A program made the position numbers and the translations under genes. This document shows, piece after piece, positions 7,299-16,889 of a DNA stretch of 24,352 bases. Numbering within the stretch: position 1 is the stretch's first letter; each line of letters opens with the position of its first letter. The stretch is from Candidatus Binatia bacterium (GTDB lineage: Bacteria > Desulfobacterota > Binatia > Bin18): the NCBI GenBank assembly GCA_963664395.2, contig CAXXIS010000008.1:1-24352 (forward strand). The letters are read 5' to 3'. The notes below the pieces were generated by a model. That model was given only the letters and a program-made list of their open reading frames with translations, was not told where the DNA came from and made no database searches.

Positions 7299-8563
7299 TG
7301 GACGGGCTGGCCTGCCTGACGCTGGATTTTTGCCCCAAGCTGAGACAGCTTGGCTTCTATGTGTTCATAGCCGCGATCAAGATGGTAAATACGGGAAACC
7401 TCTGTCTCGCCGCGGGCCGCCAGTCCGGCCAGGACCAGCGACACGCTGGCCCGCAAGTCGGTCGCCATGACGGGCGCACCGCTTAAAAACGCAACGCCCT
7501 GAATGGTCGCGGTGTGGCCTTGGACATACACGTCTGCGCCTAAACGGACGAGTTCTTGTGCGTGCATGAAGCGATTCTCGAAAATCGTTTCGGTGATGCT
7601 ACTTTGCTGCTCACCGAGAGTCAGCAGGGCCATCATCTGGGCTTGCAGGTCGGTTGGAAAGCCGGGGTAGGGCCGGGTGTTGAGCTGGACGCCGGTCGGC
7701 CGCCCATTGCCCCGGACCCGAATCCCTTCCGGTTCGTGGGTAATAGTGACTCCTGCGCGTTGCAGGGTATCCAAAAAACTGGCGAGATGATCGGCGCGAG
7801 CCCCTCGGACCAGAACGTTGCCTGACGTGATCGCGCCGGCGATAAGAAAGGTCCCGGCCTCGACGCGATCAGGAATAACGTGGTGGCTGACGCCGTGCAG
7901 CGCCTCAACGCCCTCAATCACGATTATCCGACTCCCCGCCCCATGAATACGGGCACCCATAGAAATAAGCATGGCTGCCAAGTCTTCAATTTCGGGCTCA
8001 CGAGCGGCATTGTCCAGGACGGTTGTGCCTGTGGCCAAGGTGGCCGCCATCATGAGGTTCTCTGTCGCCCCGACAGAGGGAAAATCGAGCGTGATCCGCG
8101 CCCCCGTCAGCCGGCCGGCCCGCGCTTCGACATAGCCCTGCCGAATACGTATGGCTGCGCCGAGCTGCTGCAAGCCCGCCAAATGAATATTGACCGGACG
8201 GGCGCCAATGGCACAGCCGCCCGGGGTTGAGACACGGGCTCTGCCAAAGCGCGCCAACAGCGGTCCAAGCACCAAAAACGAGGCGCGCATGGTCTTGACC
8301 AAGTCATACGGCGCCTCAAATTGCCCTGCCCGTTTGGCGCTGAGTACCACTTCGTGAGTACTGAGCCAATCGGTCTGCACTCCGAGTTCGTTCAGCAAGC
8401 GGAGGGCTGTCCGAACATCAACCAGACGCGGAACGCCGTGCAGCCTGCATTCCTCTGCTGTCAGAAGAGAGGCGAAGAGCAGCGGTAAGGCGGCATTTTT
8501 TGCTCCGCTGACCGTGACCTCACCCTGAAGAGGAATACCGCCTTGGATGAGAATGGTGTCCAT
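7295..8563 (-). CDS. murA: UDP-N-acetylglucosamine 1-carboxyvinyltransferase
   Basis: Motifs [31 protein letters not shown] (catalytic Cys), [21 protein letters not shown]. Confidence 0.98.
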   Translation of the reverse strand: MDTILIQGGIPLQGEVTVSGAKNAALPLLFASLLTAEECRLHGVPRLVDVRTALRLLNELGVQTDWLSTHEVVLSAKRAGQFEAPYDLVKTMRASFLVLGPLLARFGRARVSTPGGCAIGARPVNIHLAGLQQLGAAIRIRQGYVEARAGRLTGARITLDFPSVGATENLMMAATLATGTTVLDNAAREPEIEDLAAMLISMGARIHGAGSRIIVIEGVEALHGVSHHVIPDRVEAGTFLIAGAITSGNVLVRGARADHLASFLDTLQRAGVTITHEPEGIRVRGNGRPTGVQLNTRPYPGFPTDLQAQMMALLTLGEQQSSITETIFENRFMHAQELVRLGADVYVQGHTATIQGVAFLSGAPVMATDLRASVSLVLAGLAARGETEVSRIYHLDRGYEHIEAKLSQLGAKIQRQAGQPVQ

Positions 8564-8653
8564 TGATAAAGATCCGTTATCGATATCCGTGCAAGGTCTG
8601 TGAGAAGTGCATGACAGTCCGGCCTACCATTTCCCCAATATCTGCTGTTCAGT

Positions 8654-9577
8654 TCAGGCTGCCTTCTGGAAGACGACGACGCGATCCCGGCCGGCATAGT
8701 CTTGCCTGCACGTTCGGAAACGCAGATGGTGCTTCTTTTGCCCTAACTGCAACACTGCGTCTTTTTGATCCTCTCCAATTTCCGCAACGAGCCAGCCGCC
8801 GGGTCGTAGGTAGCCCGGACTGTCGTACAGCAGGCGCTGATAAAAATCGAGACCGTCCGCCCCGCCGTCCAGGGCCGCCCGAGGCTCCCATTCCCGGACC
8901 TCGGGCTCGAGCGTGTCGAGCACCTGCGGGGCGATATACGGCGGATTGGTCACGATCAGGTCGAAGAACGGTGCGCCAGGCGTCACAGGAGCGAGCATGT
9001 CTCCACAGTAAAATGTGAGGCGTTGGTTGACCTGATGAGAGTCGGCATTCCTGCGGGCAAGAGACAGGATCTCTTGTGTCCTATCTACCGCCCATATGGT
9101 CGCGTGCGGCAATTCGGTGGCGAGGGCAACGGCAATGCAGCCGCTGCCTGTCCCAATATCGAGTATGTGTGGTGCGGCTGTCTGAGGCGATGCAAGCAGG
9201 CGTAAAGCCGTCTCAACGACGATCTCCGTATCGGGACGTGGAATGAGAACGCAGGGGCTGACCTGGAATGCGAGCGACCAGAATTCTTGTTGGCCGGTGA
9301 TGTAGGCAACCGGCTCGCGGCGTGCACGGCGGGCCAGGAACTGCTGGAAGTCATTTTTCTGAGAAGCGGAAACAGTATCTTGGAGCCGACTGTACAGGCA
9401 CGACCGGCTTACTTGCAGCGTATGAGCCAGAATGACTTCCGCGTCCAAGCGGGGGGTGTCAATATCGTACGTCCTGAGTACGCTTTCGGCCCAGGCCGCA
9501 AGCTGGGCAACCGTATCAACGCGGAACGGCTGGAGACGCGGGGGCGCTGGTGTATGGAAAGCACGAGAGTTCTTCAC
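8654..9577 (-). CDS. prmC: Release factor glutamine methyltransferase (HemK)
   Basis: Motifs EPVAYITG, VLIPRPDTE, LDIGTGSGCIA, NPPY, ALDGGADGL; immediately downstream of prfA. Confidence 0.96.
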   Translation of the reverse strand: MKNSRAFHTPAPPRLQPFRVDTVAQLAAWAESVLRTYDIDTPRLDAEVILAHTLQVSRSCLYSRLQDTVSASQKNDFQQFLARRARREPVAYITGQQEFWSLAFQVSPCVLIPRPDTEIVVETALRLLASPQTAAPHILDIGTGSGCIAVALATELPHATIWAVDRTQEILSLARRNADSHQVNQRLTFYCGDMLAPVTPGAPFFDLIVTNPPYIAPQVLDTLEPEVREWEPRAALDGGADGLDFYQRLLYDSPGYLRPGGWLVAEIGEDQKDAVLQLGQKKHHLRFRTCRQDYAGRDRVVVFQKAA

Positions 9578-9603
9578 CGTGTGGCAAACCCGTAGGGCTG
9601 GAT

Positions 9604-10689
9604 TCAGCCGGCTGCGACCTTGAGCATTTCGGCTTGATGCGAAGAGACGAGGGCATCCACCACAGGGTCGATCTCGCCGTCAAGAACGCGCTCAAGCGTG
9701 TGGAGCGTCATATTGATGCGATGGTCCGTCATGCGCGATTGTGGGAAATTATACGTCCGGATGCGTTCAGAGCGGTCTCCTGAGCCGACCATGCTCCGGC
9801 GGGAAGCACTGATTTCGGCATGTTGTTCCTCTTGGGCCCGCTCAAGGAGTCGAGACCGCAAAATTTTCAGCGCCTTGGCTTTATTTTTGTGCTGCGATTT
9901 TTCATCTTGGCAGGTGACGACGAGGTGGGTTGGCAGATGGGTAATACGGACGGCTGAATCCGTGGTATTCACACTTTGTCCGCCCGGACCGGAAGACCGA
10001 AAAACGTCGATCCGGAGTTCTTTTTCGTCAATGGCGATATCGACCTCGTCTGCTTCAGGCAGGACGGCAACCGTAACCGCTGAGGTATGAATCCGGCCGG
10101 ATGCTTCCGTCTCGGGAACACGCTGCACACGGTGTACCCCGCCCTCGAATTTGAGACGGCTGTACGCATTCTTGCCATTGACCATGCTGATAATTTCCTT
10201 GAAGCCGCCCAGGCCGGTTGGGCTCGAACTCAGCACCTCCATATGCCAGTTGCGCTGTTCGGCATAATGGGAATACATCCGAAACAAATCCGCCGCAAAC
10301 AAACTGGCCTCGTCGCCTCCCGTGCCGGCCCGGATTTCAAGGATCACGTTTTTCCTGTCAAGCGGGTCTTTGGGGATCAATAGGAGATGCAGCTTGTCTT
10401 CAAGCGCTGTCGCACGTGGGCTCAGGTCCCGGATCTCTTCTTGCGCAAGTTCGCGCACATCCGGGTCGAAGTCATCAAGCAAGGCTTGACTGCCTTCGAG
10501 ATCCTCATGGACCTTACGCCATTCCCGAAAACAGGCAACGACTTCTTCCAGTGAAGCGTACTCCTTTGCCAGTTTTGCATATTCTTTGACATCACTGGCG
10601 ACCTCGGGACGACCCAACGTGCTTTCAACTTCTTCGTAGCGCTTCTCAACCTCAGAGAGTTTTTCGCGCAACGCAACTGGTTCACTCAT
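9604..10689 (-). CDS. prfA: Peptide chain release factor 1
   Basis: Motifs [22 protein letters not shown] (PxT anticodon), [24 protein letters not shown]. Likely start ATG 10689. Confidence 0.97.
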   Translation of the reverse strand: MSEPVALREKLSEVEKRYEEVESTLGRPEVASDVKEYAKLAKEYASLEEVVACFREWRKVHEDLEGSQALLDDFDPDVRELAQEEIRDLSPRATALEDKLHLLLIPKDPLDRKNVILEIRAGTGGDEASLFAADLFRMYSHYAEQRNWHMEVLSSSPTGLGGFKEIISMVNGKNAYSRLKFEGGVHRVQRVPETEASGRIHTSAVTVAVLPEADEVDIAIDEKELRIDVFRSSGPGGQSVNTTDSAVRITHLPTHLVVTCQDEKSQHKNKAKALKILRSRLLERAQEEQHAEISASRRSMVGSGDRSERIRTYNFPQSRMTDHRINMTLHTLERVLDGEIDPVVDALVSSHQAEMLKVAAG

Positions 10690-10720
10690 AATAGCAACCG
10701 GGGAATACCAGGGGGAAATG

Positions 10721-10751
10721 AATACAATAAGGGGCGGTTTTATACCGCCCC
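10721..10751 (-). terminator. Terminator/attenuator hairpin between rpmE and prfA
   Basis: The minus strand reads GGGGCGGT-ATAAA-ACCGCCCC followed by TTATTGTATT. Confidence 0.65.
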
Positions 10752-10800
10752 TGGACACGCTGTTCTGCTCTTCGCCTGTCCGACGCAGAGCGTGCGTTTG

Positions 10801-11073
10801 CTATGCTTCTTCTTTCGGCTCCGTGTCTTGCACCCCATATCTCCGGCGGAAGCGCTCGACTCGCCCTGCCGTATCAACAATGCGCTGTTTCCCCGTATAG
10901 AACGGATGGGACGCGCTCGAAATATCGAGTTTATACAGCGGATAGGTCTTCCCATCTTCCCATTCAATCGTTTCGGTCGTCTTGATACACGCCCGGGTGA
11001 GGAAGGCGAAGTCAGCCGATGTATCCTGAAAGACTACGTCTTGGTATGCTTCCGGATGAATTCCTTCTTTCAT
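10801..11073 (-). CDS. rpmE2: 50S ribosomal protein L31, type B (zinc-independent)
   Basis: MKEGIHP...VVFQD...[12 protein letters not shown]...[26 protein letters not shown]; no CxxC pairs; RBS GGAGG before ATG 11073. Confidence 0.95.
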   Translation of the reverse strand: MKEGIHPEAYQDVVFQDTSADFAFLTRACIKTTETIEWEDGKTYPLYKLDISSASHPFYTGKQRIVDTAGRVERFRRRYGVQDTEPKEEA

Positions 11074-11150
11074 TCTCAACCTCCAGGGGCTAGTATTACC
11101 ATCTCGTCAGATGGGCCGCAACTCAAGCGAAGGCCGTATGCGAGGACTCT

Positions 11151-12341
11151 ATGGACGAAGACCGCTTGCGCGAAATCCAGCGCGCACTACAAAATGAGCA
11201 AAACGAGTCGCTTGACGGCTGGCTGTTTTATGATTTTCGGGGGAGTGATCCACTCGCCTACCGGATTCTCGGGCTCGATTCAACTGAGATATCGACCCGG
11301 CGCTGGTACTACTTCATTCCGGCTGATGGCGCGCCACTAGGCCTGGTCTCCACCATTGAGCCGTATCGTCTCGATAGCCTCCCCGGACAAAAGCTGCGGT
11401 TTTTCACCTGGCAGCAGCACGATGACCGGTTAGCCGAGATTCTGCGCAACAGGCGGCGCATTGCCATGCAGTATTCGCCTAGGAATGCCATCCCATATAT
11501 CTCGCGCGTTGACGCCGGCACGATTGAAACAATCCGTCAGCTCGGGGTTGAGGTTGTCTCGTCTGCGGACCTGGTGCAGCGTTTTGAAGCAGTCTGGACC
11601 CAAGACCAATGGCACAGTCATCTCCGGGCGGCCACAGTGGTCCGTGAGACTGTTGACGCCGCCTTTGGCTATTTGAGAGACCATACGGACAAGACCGCGC
11701 TGTCTGAATATCAGGTGCAACAATTCATCCTGGACCGTTTTGCCCAATCTGGGCTGACTACCTACCATCCGCCTGTTGTGGCGGCCAACGCCCATAGCGC
11801 GGACCCGCACTACACGCCAACGGCTGACCAGACTGCGCTGATTCGGCCCGGCGACTTTGTGCTGATTGACCTCTGGGCCAAAGAACCGGACGGAGTGTAT
11901 GCCGATATCACCTGGACCGGCTTTATGGGAAAGGTCGTCCCCGAGCGGTATCAGACGATCTTTCATCTGGTGCGTGACGCTCGTGACGCTGCTGTAGCCT
12001 TTGTGAAAGAGCGCGTGGCAGGTGGCCAGACGTTTTTTGGCCATGAGGTTGATGCTGCATCACGAACCGTTATTGCCGCTGCGGGTTATGGCGACCGGTT
12101 TTTTCATCGAACCGGGCACTCTATTGGTCAGGAAGTCCACGGCAATGGCGCGAACATGGATGGTGTGGAAACACGGGATACGCGCCGTGTACTTCCCCAT
12201 ACCTGCTTCTCAGTCGAGCCTGGGATTTATCTGGCTGGAGACTTTGGGGTCCGCAGTGAGGTTGACGTCTATGTCACACAGGACGAAGCGATTGTGACCG
12301 GCGATCCGGTCCAAACGGAAGTGGTCCCCATTCTGAAATAA
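11151..12341 (+). CDS. M24 family metallopeptidase (Xaa-Pro aminopeptidase-like)
   Basis: Metal ligands in LIDLWAK, YADITW, HRTGHSIG, VEPGIY and RSEVD. Confidence 0.92.
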   Translation: MDEDRLREIQRALQNEQNESLDGWLFYDFRGSDPLAYRILGLDSTEISTRRWYYFIPADGAPLGLVSTIEPYRLDSLPGQKLRFFTWQQHDDRLAEILRNRRRIAMQYSPRNAIPYISRVDAGTIETIRQLGVEVVSSADLVQRFEAVWTQDQWHSHLRAATVVRETVDAAFGYLRDHTDKTALSEYQVQQFILDRFAQSGLTTYHPPVVAANAHSADPHYTPTADQTALIRPGDFVLIDLWAKEPDGVYADITWTGFMGKVVPERYQTIFHLVRDARDAAVAFVKERVAGGQTFFGHEVDAASRTVIAAAGYGDRFFHRTGHSIGQEVHGNGANMDGVETRDTRRVLPHTCFSVEPGIYLAGDFGVRSEVDVYVTQDEAIVTGDPVQTEVVPILK

Positions 12342-12355
12342 GGAAAGATGAACCC

Positions 12356-12676
12356 ATGGCAAAAGTGTGGTTTGTACGGCAGGACAATCGATTGATTGCC
12401 GTAGGCGGAAAGCCTGCCTATGATCGGCCTTTCGAGAGTATCCAGTGGCCTTTGGATATTGGCGTCCATCGGTTTTACACCGACCAGACTCCCACGCCTG
12501 ATGCCGACCCGCCAGCGCAAGATGTATCGTCTGCCGACTTGGTGCTGGTCGAACTTCAGCGTGACGACGTAGCGGTCGAATCAAGTTACAAAGTCGGTTT
12601 CTACTCGTCTCCATACTCCCCACGAGCCGCGGCTGAGCGACTCGGCCAACCCTGGGCCGAGGACTCCACGGCTTAA
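12356..12676 (+). CDS. Hypothetical protein (106 aa)
   Basis: Compact ORF 14 bp after the peptidase gene, with an AAGGAAAG RBS-like element; no motif recognised. Confidence 0.65.
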   Translation: MAKVWFVRQDNRLIAVGGKPAYDRPFESIQWPLDIGVHRFYTDQTPTPDADPPAQDVSSADLVLVELQRDDVAVESSYKVGFYSSPYSPRAAAERLGQPWAEDSTA

Positions 12677-13092
12677 TCCCGCGTCCGACACCGTTCCGCG
12701 GGAACAGCCAACTGTTCGATGAGATACGCCTTGAAGCTTTCGGCGTAGGGCTGCTTCTCCAGCGCCCTGTGCATACACGCCAGCCAGGCATCACGTTGTT
12801 TGCTGCCGATGTTCAGATGGGCGTGCGCGCTGGGAATCCTGATTGGGCCGTATTTTTCGCGATAGAGCTTCGGCCCGCCGAGCCAGCCACATAAAAAACG
12901 GGCCAGTTTGTCTCGGGACTGGGTGAGATCATCGGGGTGCAGGTCTCGAATTTCTTTGGCCTTGGGAAGCTGCTCCATTAAATCGTAGAAATCATTAACG
13001 AGCTTACGAAGTCCGGTCACGCCGCCTGCGGCCTGAAAGGAGGCATCGCCGTCGCCATAGCCAGGTTTTTCTCTATTCGTGCGTGTTGTCAT
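12673..13092 (-). CDS. Group II truncated haemoglobin (GlbO-like)
   Basis: Motifs GG..GLRKLVNDFYDLM, LARFLCGWLGGPKLY, IPSAHAHLNIG, RDAWLACM. Confidence 0.92.
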   Translation of the reverse strand: MTTRTNREKPGYGDGDASFQAAGGVTGLRKLVNDFYDLMEQLPKAKEIRDLHPDDLTQSRDKLARFLCGWLGGPKLYREKYGPIRIPSAHAHLNIGSKQRDAWLACMHRALEKQPYAESFKAYLIEQLAVPAERCRTRD

Positions 13093-13167
13093 GTTTCCTG
13101 CGCTGATCTTCTGCTATTCTCCCAGCCTTGAAATATTCTTGTATTGTATTTGGAAAGGATAGTCACC

Positions 13168-14010
13168 ATGTCAGACTTTGATCTCCGCATTTTTTCCTAT
13201 CTGCCCAATCCGCGTATTTGGAAGGCAACTATTGCGGCCCGCCTGTGCAATATCCGCCTTGATGTACGGGGCGGAGCGGGCTCCGACTTGCAGAACTGGC
13301 TGTGGGATTTTGAGGCCCGCCCGCTGACCGAAGAAGAAAAGACTTCCCCCCAGAATACGGAGCGGCAGGCCCGAGCCGGTTTTACCGGCCGTTTGTTCAA
13401 GACTGACGCCTTTCTCGAAGCGCACCCGTTTGGGACGGTGCCCGCAGCGTTCAGTCCTGATGGCAAGACAGGGATTTTTGAATCGAACAGCATCATGCGT
13501 GCGGTCGGGCGTCTGGGGCAGGAGACGTATCCGGTGTATGGCACGGATGCGTATTCCGCCACGCGCATTGACAGCTTTCTTGACGCCAGCCTGGTCTTTG
13601 CGCGGGATTCGCAGATTTATCTCCTCGCCTTAATGGCTGGCGCCCTCACGGCAGATATTCATTCCAGGGCGAAAGATGCCTTTGGGATATATCTTTCCGG
13701 CATTGACCGGGGGCTGACCCCAAACCGGGAATATCTCGTTGGTGATAACATCACCCTGGCTGATATCTGCTTTGTGGCCGAGATTGCATTATTCTCCAAC
13801 GAAAAGGCCCAGCAGAAGTTGTTGGCCGACAACGGGCTGGACCTCGTATTTCACGCCGGCGTTGAAGCGGAGTATCCGAAAGCCATGGCCCATTTTGTCA
13901 AGCTGTCCGAGCACGAGGCGTTTGCGCCGGATGTCAAACCCTATCTGGAGAAGCTGCAAAAGCGGATTGAGCGCCTAGGCGGCTCTCAAGGCCGCGTGAC
14001 TTTGGCCTGA
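13168..14010 (+). CDS. Glutathione S-transferase family protein
   Basis: Motifs FLEAHPFGTVPA, IFESNSIMRAV, YLVGDNITLADI; RBS AAGGA before ATG 13168. Confidence 0.88.
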   Translation: MSDFDLRIFSYLPNPRIWKATIAARLCNIRLDVRGGAGSDLQNWLWDFEARPLTEEEKTSPQNTERQARAGFTGRLFKTDAFLEAHPFGTVPAAFSPDGKTGIFESNSIMRAVGRLGQETYPVYGTDAYSATRIDSFLDASLVFARDSQIYLLALMAGALTADIHSRAKDAFGIYLSGIDRGLTPNREYLVGDNITLADICFVAEIALFSNEKAQQKLLADNGLDLVFHAGVEAEYPKAMAHFVKLSEHEAFAPDVKPYLEKLQKRIERLGGSQGRVTLA

Positions 14011-14876
14011 TTCGGGCTGTTCTGGTTCAGACTGTTCTGATTCAGACTGACATGGGTATCCGTCAGGGTCACTAATCTTTTCTTATACAGAGCTCCCAGG
14101 GCTTTTTTATAGGTCTTCTTGCTCACCCCGAACCACTGACTAATATGCTCAGGCGTACTCTTGTCAGTCACGGGAATGCGGCCGCCGTGTTGTTCCAGGG
14201 CGGCCATGATTGCCGCGCTTATGTCCTGGATTTTTGCATACCCCGGCTGGTGCAGACAGACGTCAATCTTCATATCCTCTCGCACGGTCTTGACGAAGCC
14301 GGTCAGCCGTTGCCCTCTTTGAAGCGGCTGATAGATGTCGCCGGAGTGCAGCAGGCCCCACTGCGAGCGATTGATAATGACCTTGCGGCCAAGCGTCGTC
14401 CAGTTGCAGACGAGGAGATCGACTTCCTGGCCGGCGTGAAGATCATCCGAGGTATCGGACAGAAAGCGGTCGATTTTTGCCGAGGCGACGACACGCTGAC
14501 TCCGCTCATCAAGATATACTCTGACGATATAGGAGCGCCCCTTTTTCATAGGAGTGTTTTGTTCCCGAAAAGGAACCAGCAGATCCTTGGGTAACCCCCA
14601 ATCGAGAAAAGCGCCGACCGGCGTCTCGGCAACAACGGTGAGCAAGGCAAAGTCGCCGACCACGGCATGGGGCGACTCCGTGGTGGCAATCGGGCGATCC
14701 TCGGAATCCGTGTAGAGAAAAACGGTCAGGAGTTCGCCCGTCCGGCAATGAGCGGGAACATATTGCTGGGGGAGCAATATTTCGCCGAGTTCTCCCGCGT
14801 CGAGATAGACTCCGCTGTATGTTTCTTTGACAACCCGGAGTTCATTCAACGTGCCGATGTGTGCCATGTGTGCCAT
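13986..14876 (-). CDS. CvfB family S1 RNA-binding protein
   Basis: Motifs GVYLDAGELGEILLP, VFLYTDSEDR, GAFLDWGLPKDLLVPF, and a C-terminal wHTH FGVSKKTYKKALGALYK. Start 14876 or 14867. Confidence 0.92.
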   Translation of the reverse strand: MAHMAHIGTLNELRVVKETYSGVYLDAGELGEILLPQQYVPAHCRTGELLTVFLYTDSEDRPIATTESPHAVVGDFALLTVVAETPVGAFLDWGLPKDLLVPFREQNTPMKKGRSYIVRVYLDERSQRVVASAKIDRFLSDTSDDLHAGQEVDLLVCNWTTLGRKVIINRSQWGLLHSGDIYQPLQRGQRLTGFVKTVREDMKIDVCLHQPGYAKIQDISAAIMAALEQHGGRIPVTDKSTPEHISQWFGVSKKTYKKALGALYKKRLVTLTDTHVSLNQNSLNQNSPNQAKVTRP

Positions 14877-14894
14877 GTATGGATTGTCCTCACT

Positions 14895-15878
14895 CTAGCG
14901 GGACACAAACTCGGGCATGACATTCTTGACGAAGAGTGCCTGCGTATCCGCAGATGCCGCGATGAGGATGAAATACGTGAGGCCCAGGTCTTCAATGCGC
15001 GTGGTGAGATCACGCCTGACCTCGTCCGGAGTACCCATACAGAGCAGCGGTGAGCGGCGTGCCGTTTCAACATCAGGAAATCCCAGGCGGGACGCAATTC
15101 TGCCAAACGCGGGATCTTCGGCCGTATTGGACACACACAGCATGACCATGCCCCCCAGCTCAATGTGCTGCGGGTCGCGGCCGACCTCGCCGACATATGT
15201 GCGGAACATGCCAATCCGCCGTTTGAGTTGGGCCGTGTCAAAGGCGACGGTTGCGGCCGGGTCGTTCACAAAGTCTTTACCGTTAAAAATAGGCGGGATG
15301 ATATTGAGGATGTCGGCTTCGGCCGCAGCGATTTTGAGCAGGCCGCTACCAGAGCCGCCCAGCATGAGCGGCGGGCGGGGCTGTTGCACTGGCCGTGGAT
15401 TATTATAGGCCCTCTCGATTGAGTAATACCGGCCGTGAAACGTGGGCTCTGCCTGGGTCCACATGGCTTTGAGCACCTGGATGGCCTCGGCCATTTGTGC
15501 CAGGCGTTCCGCGTTGGAAGGATAGGCATAGCCGTGGGCATCGTATTCCGATTGCTGCCAGCCGGCTCCCAAGCCCAGGGTCAGCCGCCCATTACTGACT
15601 TGGTCCAGAGTGGAGGTAATCTTGGCCAGCAGCGGGGGTGGACGAAACGAGGCGGCTGTGACCGTGGGTGTCAGGCGGATACGGTCGGTCACGGCGGCAA
15701 CCGCGGTCAGGGTGGTAAAGCACTCCAACTGCGGCACCTGCGGAGTACCCAACGGAGAAAAAAAGTGATCGTTAATCGACACCGAATAAAAGCCGTCGTG
15801 CTCGGCCCGGAGCGCGACCTGCTTCGCCGCGGCAAAGTCCCCCGTGGGTAGGAACAAGCCAAACTTGACATCGTGCAT
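14895..15878 (-). CDS. LLM-class (probably F420-dependent type) oxidoreductase
   Basis: Motifs GFYSVSINDHF, RPPPLLAKITSTLDQVSNGRLTLGLGAGW, PRPVQQPRPPLMLGGSG; RBS GAGGAG before ATG 15878. Confidence 0.9.
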   Translation of the reverse strand: MHDVKFGLFLPTGDFAAAKQVALRAEHDGFYSVSINDHFFSPLGTPQVPQLECFTTLTAVAAVTDRIRLTPTVTAASFRPPPLLAKITSTLDQVSNGRLTLGLGAGWQQSEYDAHGYAYPSNAERLAQMAEAIQVLKAMWTQAEPTFHGRYYSIERAYNNPRPVQQPRPPLMLGGSGSGLLKIAAAEADILNIIPPIFNGKDFVNDPAATVAFDTAQLKRRIGMFRTYVGEVGRDPQHIELGGMVMLCVSNTAEDPAFGRIASRLGFPDVETARRSPLLCMGTPDEVRRDLTTRIEDLGLTYFILIAASADTQALFVKNVMPEFVSR

Positions 15879-15891
15879 ACATCTCTCCTCT

Positions 15892-15935
15892 GCCTCTCGC
15901 TGCTGTCGCTGACCGCTGCTGTCGCTGACAGAGGC
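15892..15935. repeat. 16-bp perfect tandem duplication inside a 6-bp inverted repeat
   Basis: GCCTCT + (CGCTGCTGTCGCTGAC)x2 (15898-15929) + AGAGGC. Confidence 0.85.
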
Positions 15936-16043
15936 CGATAGGTATATCAGATGGGTGTTCGCTGCAAACGCTTGTCCTCTACCGCTTGCGTCTAATCCAT
16001 TTCCGTCGTACTTTTTGGCCCTCAGAAACGAAAGGACGTTCTT

Positions 16044-16751
16044 ATGGCAGAAAAACCAGTTGTCGCAGTGCTTGGAGTTGGTCCGGGTTTGGGGGCCGCG
16101 TTGGCCCATCGGTTCGCCAAAGAGTATGCCGTGGCCATCAACGCCCGCCGCGCGGAATATCTCAAATCGCTGGCGGAAGAAATCCGCGCCGAAGGAGGCC
16201 AGGTCTGCGAGGTCCCGGCTGACCTGAGCGACCGAGCCCAGATTGAGACGCTGTTCAAGACGATCCGTGAACAGCTCGGCCCGCCCGAGATACTGCTGTA
16301 TAACGCCGGTGGGGGCGCCTTTGGCACAATCACCGATATAACCCCGGAACAGTACGAAGCCAACTGGCGGGTCAACGCCTATGGCGCATTTCTCAGCGCG
16401 AAAGAAGTGGTCCCGGACATGCTTGAGCGCGGGCGCGGGACCATGCTGTTTACCGGTGCGACCGCCGGCGTCAAGGCCGGCCCCCGCTCAGTGGCCTTCG
16501 GTCCGGCCAAGTTCGCCCTGCGCGGCTTAGTGCAATCGCTGGCGCGTGACCTTGGACCCAAAGGCATTCATGTGGGTTGGGTCAATGTTGACGGCGTAAT
16601 CGACATCCCGGGCCGCAACTATCCCAATATGACCGCGGACGACATGCTCAAGCCCGAGGCCATTGCCGAAACCTACTGGCATATGGCCCATCAGGACCGC
16701 AGTTCCTGGACGACCGAAATCGACGTGCGGCCGTTCAAGGAAAAATTCTGA
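16044..16751 (+). CDS. Short-chain dehydrogenase/reductase (SDR)
   Basis: Motifs GVGPGLG (Rossmann), YNAG, FTGATA, FGPAKFALRGL (Phe in place of the catalytic Tyr, as seen in this SDR subgroup). Confidence 0.92.
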   Translation: MAEKPVVAVLGVGPGLGAALAHRFAKEYAVAINARRAEYLKSLAEEIRAEGGQVCEVPADLSDRAQIETLFKTIREQLGPPEILLYNAGGGAFGTITDITPEQYEANWRVNAYGAFLSAKEVVPDMLERGRGTMLFTGATAGVKAGPRSVAFGPAKFALRGLVQSLARDLGPKGIHVGWVNVDGVIDIPGRNYPNMTADDMLKPEAIAETYWHMAHQDRSSWTTEIDVRPFKEKF

Positions 16752-16889
16752 ATGTGTTGGAATGGAGTTGGATTACCCACTCTCAGAGCATGCGGTGGAT
16801 TTGTGAGGGGAAGCGAAAGGGAGCCGGATTCGAGTCCTATGACGTATTATTCGTTAAGGTCGGCTGGATTTCTGCATAACTTCTAAGTG

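Noticed and set aside
15879-16109. 77-aa N-terminal extension of the LLM ORF overlapping the SDR start
   Set aside because: The RBS and family N-terminus place the start at 15878.
16832-16859. dif-like string GAGTCCTATGA-CGTATT-ATTCGTTAAGG
   Set aside because: The XerD arm lacks the conserved TTAT start (6/11 match); too degenerate to call.
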